Part shown: positions 28,279 through 37,775 of the stretch, piece after piece
Layout: every line of letters starts with the position of its first letter
How positions within the stretch are numbered: position 1 is the stretch's first letter
NCBI GenBank assembly: GCA_965243025.1
Contig: CBDETY010000003.1
Location: 704,001 to 768,000, forward strand
Reading direction: 5' to 3'
From: Candidatus Latescibacterota bacterium
GTDB taxonomy: Bacteria > Latescibacterota > UBA2968 > UBA8231
Length of the DNA stretch: 64,000 nucleotides
The notes under the pieces: generated by a model
Database searches by the model: none
Seen by the model: the letters and a program-made list of their open reading frames with translations, nothing else
Told to the model about the DNA's origin: nothing
Translations under genes and position numbers: made by a program

Positions 28279-29412
28279 TCAGCCCCGATCCGGCCCGGTG
28301 GGCAGGGGCGGCAGCTCCCCCAGGCGCCCCCCGTACAGCTTGTTGAGCAGGCCGGCCCGCAGGACCTCGGCGTCGTCTTCCGGGAATTTGTCCGGGTGGC
28401 ACCAGCGGGCAACGAGCTCGACGGTGAAGATGTACTTGAGGGTCCAGAAGTCGCAGGAGAACGGATCCGGCAGTTCGTGCACCCGCCCCTCGCGCACCGC
28501 GGAGAGGCTGCGCCAGCCGGCCATCTCGCCCACGTCCCCCGGTCCGAGGCGGTCGTTGCACCACATGACGATCAGCTCCGGGTTCCAGACGAGGACGTTC
28601 TCGAGGTTCACCAGCAGGCCTTCCAGCTCGCTGCCGGCGGCGACGTTGGTGCCCCCTGCCAGGTCGATCAGCTCCTGCACGGTGCTGTTGCGGCCGGCCG
28701 TCTGCAGCGGCCCCTGGGCCCACATGAAGTAGACCCGCGGCGGGTCGGGCGCCTCCCCTTCCACAGGGGCGATCTTGCGCCGCACCGTCTCCAGCTCCTC
28801 TTCGGCGATGGCGAGGAGCTCGGCGGCGCGCTCGCTGGTGCCGGTCAGCTCCCCGAGGGCGGCGATCTCCCGGTGGATGTCCTCGAAGCGCTCGATGAAG
28901 ACGCCGAAGACCGGGATCCCCTTCTCCTCGAGGGCCTCGATCGACTCCTCCTGCCCCGACCAGACGATGACGAGGTCGGGTTGCAGGGCCACCATGCTCT
29001 CGATGTTGACGAAGTCCCAGTTGCCCGGCGTCGCCAGGGTGCGGTCGCGGATGCGCTCGTCCATGGCCGCGTAGTAGGGGAAGACGCTGCCCTGGTAGAC
29101 GTTGGTGGAGATGCCGACGAGGCGGTCCTCGGCCCCGAGCATGTAGAGGCCGGTGAGGGCGCTTTCCAGCAGGCAGACGATGCGCTCGGCCGGCTTGTCG
29201 AGCTCGATGCGCTTGCCGCGGAAGTCGGTGGCGGCCACCCCTTCGGCGGCTGCTACCCCTTCCGGGGCAGCCGCCCCTTCCGCGGCGGCAACGTGGCCGG
29301 CGAGGAGGAGGGAGAGGGGAAGAAGAAGCAGCAGGGGGCGGAAAAGCAGAGGCCCCGCGGCGGCCGCTCCCGGTCGGGAAGGCGCCGCGGGGCCGCAGGC
29401 TGCAGCGGTCAC
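28279..29412 (-). CDS. ABC transporter substrate-binding protein (BtuF/FepB class III)
   Basis: TDFRGKRIEL..PAERIV, NIE...LQPDLV, VNLE.VL.WNPE, LSAVREGRV. Confidence 0.88.
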   Translation of the reverse strand: MTAAACGPAAPSRPGAAAAGPLLFRPLLLLLPLSLLLAGHVAAAEGAAAPEGVAAAEGVAATDFRGKRIELDKPAERIVCLLESALTGLYMLGAEDRLVGISTNVYQGSVFPYYAAMDERIRDRTLATPGNWDFVNIESMVALQPDLVIVWSGQEESIEALEEKGIPVFGVFIERFEDIHREIAALGELTGTSERAAELLAIAEEELETVRRKIAPVEGEAPDPPRVYFMWAQGPLQTAGRNSTVQELIDLAGGTNVAAGSELEGLLVNLENVLVWNPELIVMWCNDRLGPGDVGEMAGWRSLSAVREGRVHELPDPFSCDFWTLKYIFTVELVARWCHPDKFPEDDAEVLRAGLLNKLYGGRLGELPPLPTGPDRG

Positions 29413-29423
29413 AGGCAGAAAGG

Positions 29424-31439
29424 CTAGAAGCTGACCATCAGACCGGCGTTGGTCGAGAAGCCGGGATCCTGGAATCCCCAGGGCATCTCGAAGGTCTGGT
29501 TCGTGAGGTTGTAGGGCTCCAGGAAGAGGGTCATATCATACCCGTCCCGGGTGCTGACGTCGTACTGGACACGGGCGTTCACCAGGACGTACCCGTCGAG
29601 GGGTTCGGCTGTCGGACTGATGTCCTGGTAGATGCCGCTGTAGGACTGCGCCGTGATCGTCGCCCGCAGGCCCTGGGCGAGGGTCAGGTGGACCCCGAGG
29701 CCGATGGCGCTGTCGGGGACGAAGTTGATCTTGGCGCCTTCCTTCTCTGGTTCCTCCGTGTTCTCGGTGACCTCGGCGTTGGTGTAGGTGTAGTTGGCGA
29801 ACCACTCCACCATGTCGCTGAGGCGGTGGGCGACCTCCAGCTCGGCGCCGTTGGTGGTGGTCTGGCCGGCGTTGATGTCCTGCGACTGCGCCGGATCATC
29901 CTCCGCAACAGGCACCACCCGCTGCACGATCTGGTCGGTGAGGGCGATGTTGAACCCGCGCACGCCGACCTGCAGGTCCTCCATCGGGCTGTAGTTCACG
30001 CCCAGGTCGATGCTGGTTCCCGACTCCGGCTTGATATCGGGGTTGGGCAGGTGGCCGCCCTTGCCGTCCGGAGGAACGGTGCCTCCAACCGACTTGAGGG
30101 AGGGGGCCTTGAAGCTGGTCCCCATGTTGGCGTACAGGCCGAGGTTGTCGCTCTGGTTGTAGCGCGCCCCGGCGCTGTAGAGAAGCTTGCCCCAGGAGTT
30201 GCTGGTCTCGTTCGGCGTCATTCCCTGCAACAGCTCGATGTCGTGGGCGATGCTGGTGAAGCGCGCCCCTGCCCGCAGGGTGAGGTTGTCCAGGCGGAAC
30301 TCCTCCTGGGCGTAGAGCCCGAAAGCGGTTGCGGTGGCGTCGTTTCCGGGGCTCACCTCGCCGGTCTCACGCTGCGTGGCGTACGAGGAGAGCTGGTAGT
30401 CGGCGCCCACGGTGAGCACGTCCGCCTCCCTGGTCAGGACGGTGAGGGAGACATCCGCCGGAATCACCGACTGGTCTACCCCGTCCTCGGAGCGCAGCTC
30501 GCGGCTCTTGGGATCCTCCCAGATGCCGTCCTCCTCCCAGCGCCGCACGTAGTCGCGGTACCCGACCTTGGCGTTGGCGGTGATCTTGTCGGAGACCGGG
30601 TGCACGTAGCCTGCGTTGAGGGTGGTGTAGGTGTGGCCGAAGTCCCGGTTGATACGGCCGGCGTCGCCGGTGTGCCAGGTGCGGTGGGCGTAGAGAGAAG
30701 CGCGCTGTCCGCTGTCGTTGAGGTAGTAGGTGCCGCGCATGTACAGCTTGGTCTTCTCGTACTCCGGGTTGTCGTCCATCTGCAGCCAGGAGCCTTCGGT
30801 GCCGTAGTCGGTGTAGTCGGAGTCCTCGTGGTGGCCGCCGAAGAAGAGGTGCAGGTTGCCGGCGGCGCGCTGGTGGAAGAAACGGCCCCCGATCGTCTTG
30901 TAGGAACCGCCGTACACCGAGGCGCTGGTGCGGGTGGTCCTCACCCGTTCCCGCAGGATGAAGTTGGCCGTGCCCGCCAGCGGGGACTGGTTGCCGGCGA
31001 AGTCCATGGCCAGGTAGGTCGGATAGAGGACGGAGGCGGAGCCGCGCTGGTCCTCCACGCGCTCAAAGGCCCAGGGGTCGAGGCTCTGGAGATCGACGAA
31101 AGCGTCGATCGGCAGACCGTCGAGCATGTACCCCTTGTAAGTGTGCGCGAGGCCGCCTGAGGAGCCCCAGTTGGCGTCGTTGCGGGACAGCACGTTGGCG
31201 AAGTTGCCCGGGCTGTACGAGAGAATCTCGGCGAGGTTGCCGTTGCCCTGGACCAGGGACCCGATCTCGTCGGAGGTGATGATGGAGATCTTCTGGGTCA
31301 CGTTGCCCGGCGTCTGCGGCAGCTTGGAGCCGGTGACGATGACCTCTTCCATCTCGGTGATCTCTCCCTCATGGTCGTCGGCGTAGGCGAGGCCGGCCCC
31401 GAGGCAGAGAGACAGCGGGATGCGGAGAAGCCGCTTCAT
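29424..31439 (-). CDS. TonB-dependent receptor
   Basis: Signal peptide, TonB box EEVIVTG, plug motifs (LDG, ERVE..RG.AS.LY), PESG, NLTN and C-terminal Phe. Confidence 0.92.
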   Translation of the reverse strand: MKRLLRIPLSLCLGAGLAYADDHEGEITEMEEVIVTGSKLPQTPGNVTQKISIITSDEIGSLVQGNGNLAEILSYSPGNFANVLSRNDANWGSSGGLAHTYKGYMLDGLPIDAFVDLQSLDPWAFERVEDQRGSASVLYPTYLAMDFAGNQSPLAGTANFILRERVRTTRTSASVYGGSYKTIGGRFFHQRAAGNLHLFFGGHHEDSDYTDYGTEGSWLQMDDNPEYEKTKLYMRGTYYLNDSGQRASLYAHRTWHTGDAGRINRDFGHTYTTLNAGYVHPVSDKITANAKVGYRDYVRRWEEDGIWEDPKSRELRSEDGVDQSVIPADVSLTVLTREADVLTVGADYQLSSYATQRETGEVSPGNDATATAFGLYAQEEFRLDNLTLRAGARFTSIAHDIELLQGMTPNETSNSWGKLLYSAGARYNQSDNLGLYANMGTSFKAPSLKSVGGTVPPDGKGGHLPNPDIKPESGTSIDLGVNYSPMEDLQVGVRGFNIALTDQIVQRVVPVAEDDPAQSQDINAGQTTTNGAELEVAHRLSDMVEWFANYTYTNAEVTENTEEPEKEGAKINFVPDSAIGLGVHLTLAQGLRATITAQSYSGIYQDISPTAEPLDGYVLVNARVQYDVSTRDGYDMTLFLEPYNLTNQTFEMPWGFQDPGFSTNAGLMVSF

Positions 31440-31636
31440 GGGAATTCCTCCCGTGTGTGAAAGGGTGCGGGTTGTCGGTGCTGTATATTCGGTGCCCGGC
31501 TGGACAGCCGGAATCTGAGCGGGGAAAGTAATCAGAAAGTAACGAAAAGAGACTCGAAGCAACAAAAAGAGGCTCGCTTCACCTGACCGCCTTTCCGGCC
31601 GCATCGAGGTGGACAGCAGAAGAGGGAAAGGAAGAT

Positions 31637-32458
31637 GTGGAGATGAGCTTGCTGGCCGTGTTCGCCCACCCGGACGACGAGTCCTTCATCTGCGGGGGGA
31701 CCCTGGCGAAGGCAGCCTCCGAGGGGCGCGACGTCCACCTTGTCTGCGCAACCCGCGGGGAGGAGGGGGAGATCATCCACCCGGAGATCGACCCGGGCGG
31801 CTACCCCAAGGGGGAGGAGCGGGGAAAGCTGCGGGCCAAAGAGCTGGAAAGCGCCTGCGCGATCATGGGGGTCGCCCCGCCGATCTGGCTCGGCCACCGC
31901 GATTCCGGGTTTCCCGTCGAGGTCGGGCGCGGCAACCCGCGGGCGCTGGTGAACCAGGATTCGGTGTCCCTGGAACGGCAGCTCCTGCCCATCATCGCCG
32001 AGCTGCGGCCCGAGGTGATGATCACCTTCGACCCCCACGGGCTCTACCCCCACGCCGACCACGTCGCCATCCACCGGGCGGCTGAGGCGGCGTTCTGGTC
32101 GGCAGGCAGCGCCGCCCGGCCGCCGCCCAGGCGGCTGTACTACCCGGTATATCCCCTGGAGTCGCTGCGCGAGACGCAGGAGAAGCATTCCGGGGCCGCC
32201 ATGGCCGACGTCGACGCCGACCTGTACGGGGTGTCCGCCGACTCGGTCGCGGCCGCGATCGACATCCGCGGCCAGGAGGAGAAGAAGCTGGCGGCGGTCT
32301 GCGCCCATGCCTCGCAGTTCGGCCCCGAAGAGAGCGCGCGCGCCCAGATCGGGAAGAGGCCGCAGATGATGGCGGTGGAGCATTTCGCTCTCGGGGGCCT
32401 GAGGGGAAGCTTCCCCCCGATGCCGGTCGACTGCCTGTTCGCGGGGGTCGGCGACTGA
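31637..32458 (+). CDS. PIG-L family deacetylase (MshB/Mca-like)
   Basis: AHPDDE, ATRGE.G, G.YPHADH, AHASQ. Confidence 0.9.
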   Translation: MEMSLLAVFAHPDDESFICGGTLAKAASEGRDVHLVCATRGEEGEIIHPEIDPGGYPKGEERGKLRAKELESACAIMGVAPPIWLGHRDSGFPVEVGRGNPRALVNQDSVSLERQLLPIIAELRPEVMITFDPHGLYPHADHVAIHRAAEAAFWSAGSAARPPPRRLYYPVYPLESLRETQEKHSGAAMADVDADLYGVSADSVAAAIDIRGQEEKKLAAVCAHASQFGPEESARAQIGKRPQMMAVEHFALGGLRGSFPPMPVDCLFAGVGD

Positions 32459-32655
32459 GGCAACACTAACCGCGCAGCAACTACTCGAAAGGCTGCTTCC
32501 CCCCGATCAACGGGAACGTCTTGGGGGGGGACTCCGGAAACCGGTAGAACCCTGGCTCAACTCCGTCCGAAAGCCATTCCCGGAGGGCTGTCAATCCGGC
32601 CTGGGTCGTGTCCGAGCCGGGGCCGCGGTAAAGGGAAAGGGTGCCGCTGTCCCGA

Positions 32656-33588
32656 CTACAGCGGGTTGGTGGTGGCCGCCGCACCGGCCTGCTCCTCGGC
32701 CCACGCCTTGAGCGGAACGTCGTCCCAGTTCCTGGTGATCCAGTACTGGGAGGCGGGGTGGAACTCCGGGGTTTCCCCGAGGGGAGGAGACCCGGTGGCC
32801 ATCGCTCCCAGCAGCTGCCGGCGGATGGGAGAGCTGCGCGCGATCAGCCCGGGGTCCTGCTCGATGTAGTCGGTGGGCCGCAGCCAGCGGTAGTGGTAGC
32901 CGACGTGCATGATCTTGCGCGTCCTCGCCGACAGGTTGGGGCCGACGCAGTGCCAGGTCGCGGTGCGCCACAGCACCGCGGTGCCGGGCGGAACCCTCAG
33001 CTCGACCGCGCCGTCGAGGTCGAGCTCGGACCCGTCCCGCAGCTCCTGCGGCCGCCGCAGGTGGCTGCCGGGCACCATCCAGAGGTTGCCGGAGTTCGAC
33101 TCGGTCAGGTCGGAGAGGGCGTAGAAGATCTTGACCTCCATGAACGGCAGCCGCCCGTCAAGGGAGGGGGCCTCGAACAAATAGCTGCCGGCGAGATCCG
33201 GGTGCCAGTTGACGTTGCGGTACCCGGCCTCGTGGTCCTCCCCGTCGCCGCGGCCGACCCCGCCGGCACGCATCCGGTCGGGATACGGCGGGCGGTAATC
33301 GAGGTGGGAGGTGCGGATCTGGATGTTCCAGCCGATGGCGTCGACGACGAGGGGCAGGGCCTTGGGGTGGTCGATCAGATCGAGGAAGGCGTCGTGTTGG
33401 GAGAGGGCGTTGCGGACCGCGAAAGGCTCTTCCGGACCGAGGCCGGTCGATTCCCGGAGGCGGGCGGCCACCTCTTCGACCGCTTCGAGCAGGCGTCCGA
33501 CCTCGAGCGGCTCGAGGAAATCGTCGAGGATGACGTACCCCTTCTCCTCGAAGTCGCGCTGCTGCTGCCCGGTCATGGCGAGGGCCAT
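32656..33588 (-). CDS. Phytanoyl-CoA dioxygenase (PhyH) family protein
   Basis: FEEKGY, WHPD, VPGSH, WHCVGPN..R. Confidence 0.88.
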   Translation of the reverse strand: MALAMTGQQQRDFEEKGYVILDDFLEPLEVGRLLEAVEEVAARLRESTGLGPEEPFAVRNALSQHDAFLDLIDHPKALPLVVDAIGWNIQIRTSHLDYRPPYPDRMRAGGVGRGDGEDHEAGYRNVNWHPDLAGSYLFEAPSLDGRLPFMEVKIFYALSDLTESNSGNLWMVPGSHLRRPQELRDGSELDLDGAVELRVPPGTAVLWRTATWHCVGPNLSARTRKIMHVGYHYRWLRPTDYIEQDPGLIARSSPIRRQLLGAMATGSPPLGETPEFHPASQYWITRNWDDVPLKAWAEEQAGAAATTNPL

Positions 33589-33616
33589 GGTTCAGCTCCT
33601 TTCGCCCGAATCACGC

Positions 33617-34267
33617 TCAGTTCGATCCGGCCCAGCGCACCCCCTGGGTCATCAGCGCCTGCATGGCCGGGCGCCGGAAGGTGCGGGCGGTGTGCCCGAG
33701 GGCGGTGTAGAAGACCCGCCCCTCCCCGTACGGCTTGACCCATGCCACCGGGTGCGGCTTGTCGCTCCACTCGGCGGTGGCGAGGATGCGGATCGACGGA
33801 TCCCAGGCCGACATGTAGATCTCGTCCTCGACCTCGAAGTCGGAGATGCCGCGGGTCACCGGGTGGTCGCTGTCCTCGATGTTCACGGTGAAGGTCAGCC
33901 CTGGAGGGTGCCAGTTGGCGTGCCCCCCGAGAAGGTCGACGGCGCGCGCCCCGACCCACCAGGCGGTGCCGTGGACTCCGGCCAGGCCCCCGCCTCCGGC
34001 GACGAATTCGAACAGCCCGTCCTCCTGCTCCCGGGTGAGGTCGGGCTCCCGCCTGATGTCGCCCTCCGGCCCTTGGAAGGAGCGCGTGAACCCGGTGCCG
34101 AAGACGCAGACGTCGAACTCGCCCAGCGACGACGAGGCGAGTATGTCCTTGTCGCCGTCCAGTTGCGCTTGGAGGTCGCCGGCCGTATTTAGGAATCCGC
34201 AGATCACCTCGGCGCTCTTCTCGAAGCCGTGATTCTCGCCCGACAGAACCAGAACCTTCATTCGCAT
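33617..34267 (-). CDS. ThuA (trehalose utilisation, class I GATase-like) domain protein
   Basis: FVAGGGGLAGVH, HPVTRG, DEIY, GRVFYTALGH. Confidence 0.88.
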   Translation of the reverse strand: MRMKVLVLSGENHGFEKSAEVICGFLNTAGDLQAQLDGDKDILASSSLGEFDVCVFGTGFTRSFQGPEGDIRREPDLTREQEDGLFEFVAGGGGLAGVHGTAWWVGARAVDLLGGHANWHPPGLTFTVNIEDSDHPVTRGISDFEVEDEIYMSAWDPSIRILATAEWSDKPHPVAWVKPYGEGRVFYTALGHTARTFRRPAMQALMTQGVRWAGSN

Positions 34268-34305
34268 TTCCTCCGTTGGGGTGGTGCAGCCCAGGGAAAA
34301 TAGAC

Positions 34306-35247
34306 ATGGAGATCGTGAGATATCCAGACAGCCGCATCGAAGTGCTCGACGACCGCTTCGCCCGCTGCAAGCTCGCCAACGCCGCCCTCGAGCTGCTGTG
34401 GACCGGGGGCCGCTGGCTCGAGGGGCCGGCATGGTTCGGCGACGGCCGCTACCTGCTGTTCAGCGACATCCCCAACGACCGCATCCTCAAGTGGGAGGAG
34501 GAGACCGGGGAGGTTTCCGTCTTCCGCAAGCCCTCGAACAACAGCAACGGCAACACCCGGGACCGCCAGGGCCGCCTGGTCACCTGCGAGCACCGCACCC
34601 GCCGGGTAACCCGCACCGAACCCGACGGCTCGATCACCGTGCTCATCGACCGCTTCGAGGGGGGGCGGCTGAACGCCCCGAACGACGTCGTCGTCAAGTC
34701 GGACGGGTCGATATGGTTCACCGACCCGGGATACGGCATCCTGATGGATTACGAGGGGGGAAGGGCGGACTTCGAGAACGCCGCCAACGTCTTCCGCCTC
34801 GACCCGGATACCGGGGAGGCGGCCGTGGCCGCCGGGGACTTCCGGCGCCCGAACGGGATCTGCTTCAGCCCGGACGAGTCGCTGCTCTACGTCGTCGACA
34901 CCGGGCGCTCCGACGGCCCCGGGCACCCGACCCACATCCGCGTCTTCGACGTCGAGGGAGAGCGCCTCGCCAACGGCCGCGTCTTCGCCGACATGGAGCC
35001 GGGAGCCTCCGACGGCATCCGCACCGACCTCGACGGCAACCTGTGGTCGGGGGCCTGCTGGGGGGGTGAGGGGTACGACGGCGTCCACTGCTTCGCCCCG
35101 GACGGGGCCCTGATCGGCAAGGTCCACCTGCCGGCCCCCTGCTCCAACCTCTGCTTCGGCGGCCGCATGAAGAACCGGCTGTTCATGACCTGCTCGCAGT
35201 CGCTTTTCTCGGTCTATCTCGAGACCAACGGGGCGCAGACCCCGTAG
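34306..35247 (+). CDS. SMP-30/gluconolactonase family protein
   Basis: EGPAW, LFSDIP, NAPNDVV, FTDP, PNGICFSPDE, DGI..D..GN. Confidence 0.92.
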   Translation: MEIVRYPDSRIEVLDDRFARCKLANAALELLWTGGRWLEGPAWFGDGRYLLFSDIPNDRILKWEEETGEVSVFRKPSNNSNGNTRDRQGRLVTCEHRTRRVTRTEPDGSITVLIDRFEGGRLNAPNDVVVKSDGSIWFTDPGYGILMDYEGGRADFENAANVFRLDPDTGEAAVAAGDFRRPNGICFSPDESLLYVVDTGRSDGPGHPTHIRVFDVEGERLANGRVFADMEPGASDGIRTDLDGNLWSGACWGGEGYDGVHCFAPDGALIGKVHLPAPCSNLCFGGRMKNRLFMTCSQSLFSVYLETNGAQTP

Positions 35248-35334
35248 AGACCCCGCAGCTGTCCGGTGAATCCCCGGACCGGGGGGCCCGACTCGGAAAC
35301 CTCCGGTGTTCCGTGTTGAGGACCGGACGGCGGC

Positions 35335-36768
35335 TCACTCGATCCAGAAGGAGAACAGGCTGGCCCGGTGCAGGTAGAACTTCAGCTGCACCGGCTTGTC
35401 GAACACGAGGTCGTGGGAAGTCTTCCAGGCGACCCGGGCGCGGGTCGAGTCGCCGGTGAACGGGGGCGGAGGCTCGGCAGGCACCCAGAAACCGGGGATC
35501 GGCCGCCCCGACTCGGCGTCGAGGATCTCGGTGTAGATCTCCCCCCAGCGGGCATCGGCGTTGATGAAGACCTCTTCCCCCTTCAGCTCGAACGGTCTGG
35601 TGGTGACGACGCCGTTGTCGCTCCCCTCGATCGACACGAAGCCGTCCGGCCGCAGCCTGGCCAGCGACAGGGCTCCGGTGTCCTCGAAGTGGCGGGGGTC
35701 GACCCCCATGCGGTGCAGCTCGTCCAGCTTGCCGCGGCGCTCGTAGTTCTCCCTGGAGGTGCCCCACCTGAGGCCGTTGTAGTAGCACCAGATCTCGCCG
35801 TCGTCGCGGACCACCGGCTGCCCGGCCATCAGCAGCTGCCCGGTATCGTAGGTCTCGCCGTCGTAGGGCTCGACTCCGAGGAAGACGGCGCGGTCGGCGA
35901 CCCGCTCCCAGTTGTAGAGATCGCGGGAGACGCTGAGCTCCACCTGGTTGATGCGGTCGAAGTTGGTCTCCGGCGGGGGGTTGGCGCCGAACGGGTTGAA
36001 CAGCACCGGGAAGCCGACGTAGAGCCCCTGGTAGGGGAACACGGCCATGTTGTAGACCTCGGCGATGTAGTCTTCGCCGTCGACCGCGGCCGGGGTCAGG
36101 AAGGCGGGGTCCTCGATGATCCTGCGCACCCGCTGGCGGCAGTTCTCGTGGTCGGTCTCGTCGGAGTGGAAGATCAGCTTCGGCTCGCTGAACTCCCGGA
36201 AATCGGCGTCGCCCGTCGACAGGAAGACCGAGCGCCCCCATTCGGTCCCCTGCTTGACCATCGCCAGGTACTGGCGGCTGTAGGGATCCCAGGTGAACTG
36301 CGACTCGTCGCTGCTGGGGATCGCCGGGGCGCCGGTCGGGGTCCACTGGAAGCCGTCCGGGGACAGCGCCGGCTGCCGGCCCCAGGTCGCCAGCAGACCC
36401 TTGTAGCGCCGCTTGGGGTCCGGGTCGGCGTCGTCCCGCAGGAGGTGGTAGGCCCGTTCCCCGCGGTCGCCGTCCGGGTCGGCGGCGAGGTTGTTCCGCT
36501 TCGATCCCTCCCACTCGTACAGGCCGAGGTCTGGCAGGTCCCAGTGTTGCCCGTCCGCGGAGGTCGCGTAGCGGAGGGGTCCGCCGAAGTACCACCACTC
36601 CCATACCTGTTTGTCGGGATTCCACTGCGGGGAGTTGCGGCTCTGCACTCCGCCCGGGATCAGGGGGCCGCACTTCCTGGGCTGATGCAGGCGCCGGGTA
36701 ATGCGCTCGCTCGAATGGATGGCCCCGTCGTCGAGAAAGAGCTGGTGGAACCGCTTGGGCTCGAGCAT
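35335..36768 (-). CDS. Hypothetical beta-propeller glycosidase-like protein
   Basis: QLFLDD start, YATS.DG.HW..PDLG, and LA.LRPDGFVS, typical of uncharacterised GH32-like propellers. Confidence 0.65.
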   Translation of the reverse strand: MLEPKRFHQLFLDDGAIHSSERITRRLHQPRKCGPLIPGGVQSRNSPQWNPDKQVWEWWYFGGPLRYATSADGQHWDLPDLGLYEWEGSKRNNLAADPDGDRGERAYHLLRDDADPDPKRRYKGLLATWGRQPALSPDGFQWTPTGAPAIPSSDESQFTWDPYSRQYLAMVKQGTEWGRSVFLSTGDADFREFSEPKLIFHSDETDHENCRQRVRRIIEDPAFLTPAAVDGEDYIAEVYNMAVFPYQGLYVGFPVLFNPFGANPPPETNFDRINQVELSVSRDLYNWERVADRAVFLGVEPYDGETYDTGQLLMAGQPVVRDDGEIWCYYNGLRWGTSRENYERRGKLDELHRMGVDPRHFEDTGALSLARLRPDGFVSIEGSDNGVVTTRPFELKGEEVFINADARWGEIYTEILDAESGRPIPGFWVPAEPPPPFTGDSTRARVAWKTSHDLVFDKPVQLKFYLHRASLFSFWIE

Positions 36769-36998
36769 GTGATTCTCCTCAATGGATGCGGCGGCGGTCC
36801 GGTTTACGGGCGGTCTGCAGGGAGCGCCAGAATATGTGGGTCGGCTGGCAGGAGGTCATCTCGAAGCGATACCGAAAATTCTGGTACCGAGGGAACGAGC
36901 GGGGGTCAGGATGGTCGGGCTTTCTCCGACGATTGTTCGCGCGACGGGAGCTCGTCGGAGATACAAGGGAACCCCCGGGCCCTCGCGGGGGCGGCCTC

Positions 36999-37436
36999 TC
37001 AAGGCGGCTTCGAACCCGTGCCTCCCTCCGGCGATACGCAGCCCTCCGCCCTGGCAAGGGCTTCGAGCCGTTCGGCGATGCCGGCGGCCAGACCTCCCGG
37101 TTTGACCCCGACGACCGACAGGTCGCCGCGGCCCGCGGCCGCGGTCAGGCGGGGGAGGTCCGCCACCCGGAAGAGCCGCGTCCCCGAGCGCCGCCGGCGC
37201 CCCAGCTCCTTCCAGGTTCCGGCCGCAAGGTCCGGAGAGGCGAACAGGTAGGCGAGCTTGGGGACCCGGCGCACCGCGGACAGACCCATGACCGTGTCCC
37301 CGGACTGGCAGCCGATCCCAATGAGATTGGAAACAGCCGCGGCAGCCGCCTGGTCGAGAAATTCGGCCCCACCGCTGGAGGAACCACTTGCTTCCGCGGG
37401 CTTATCGGCCTCCTGATTTCGCTTTGACGACCCCAC
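36999..37436 (-). CDS. L7Ae/L30e/YlxQ-like RNA-binding protein (divergent)
   Basis: NLIGIG..SG..VMG..AV, F.S.D, and L..A.GR..LSVVGV...GLA..I follow the L7Ae-family pattern. CATAAT -10-like box just upstream of the GTG. Confidence 0.5.
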   Translation of the reverse strand: MGSSKRNQEADKPAEASGSSSGGAEFLDQAAAAAVSNLIGIGCQSGDTVMGLSAVRRVPKLAYLFASPDLAAGTWKELGRRRRSGTRLFRVADLPRLTAAAGRGDLSVVGVKPGGLAAGIAERLEALARAEGCVSPEGGTGSKPP

Positions 37437-37470
37437 GGCCCGAACCTATTATGCCGGCAGGCGGACCGCC

Positions 37471-37691
37471 AGGGGTCGCCGGGAGGGATCCGGGTACTCG
37501 TTTCCGGATGGCGAGGCCGCATGAAACGCTGCCTTCCACCCCCGGGGGGATTACCTGGTTCCCGGGGGTCAACAGGCGTGAGAGCCGTGGGTGCGAGCAC
37601 GCGGTGGGTGCGATTGCAACGCATCCAAGGGGATGGCGGTCCCCACTCCGAACTGCAGGCAGATCCCGCCCCCCACTGAAGGGGGACCCCT
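37471..37691 (+). ncRNA. Candidate structured ncRNA of unknown class
   Basis: Terminal pairing AGGGGTC/GACCCCT encloses at least 6 hairpins. G-U pairs favour the + strand. No credible ORF overlaps it. Confidence 0.45.
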
Positions 37692-37775
37692 CCTGAAGGC
37701 TGTTGCCCCGCAACCCGTTCACCCGGGATAACCTTTCGCCACTTACAGCACCTCCGCTATCAAAAGGTGTCTTTC

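Noticed and set aside
29233-29286. Three 18-bp repeats (AAEGxA) in the SBP N-terminus
   Set aside because: Real, but an ordinary low-complexity linker after the signal peptide.
31440-31636. Cobalamin riboswitch upstream of the TonB receptor
   Set aside because: No B12-box or AGGGAA / GCCCCCGCAACTGT / GCCACTG elements on the relevant strand.
37582-37606. Group II intron domain V (GAGCCGTG..ACGCGGT)
   Set aside because: Too short, lacks the GNRA-capped upper stem and domain VI, and no RT/maturase is nearby.
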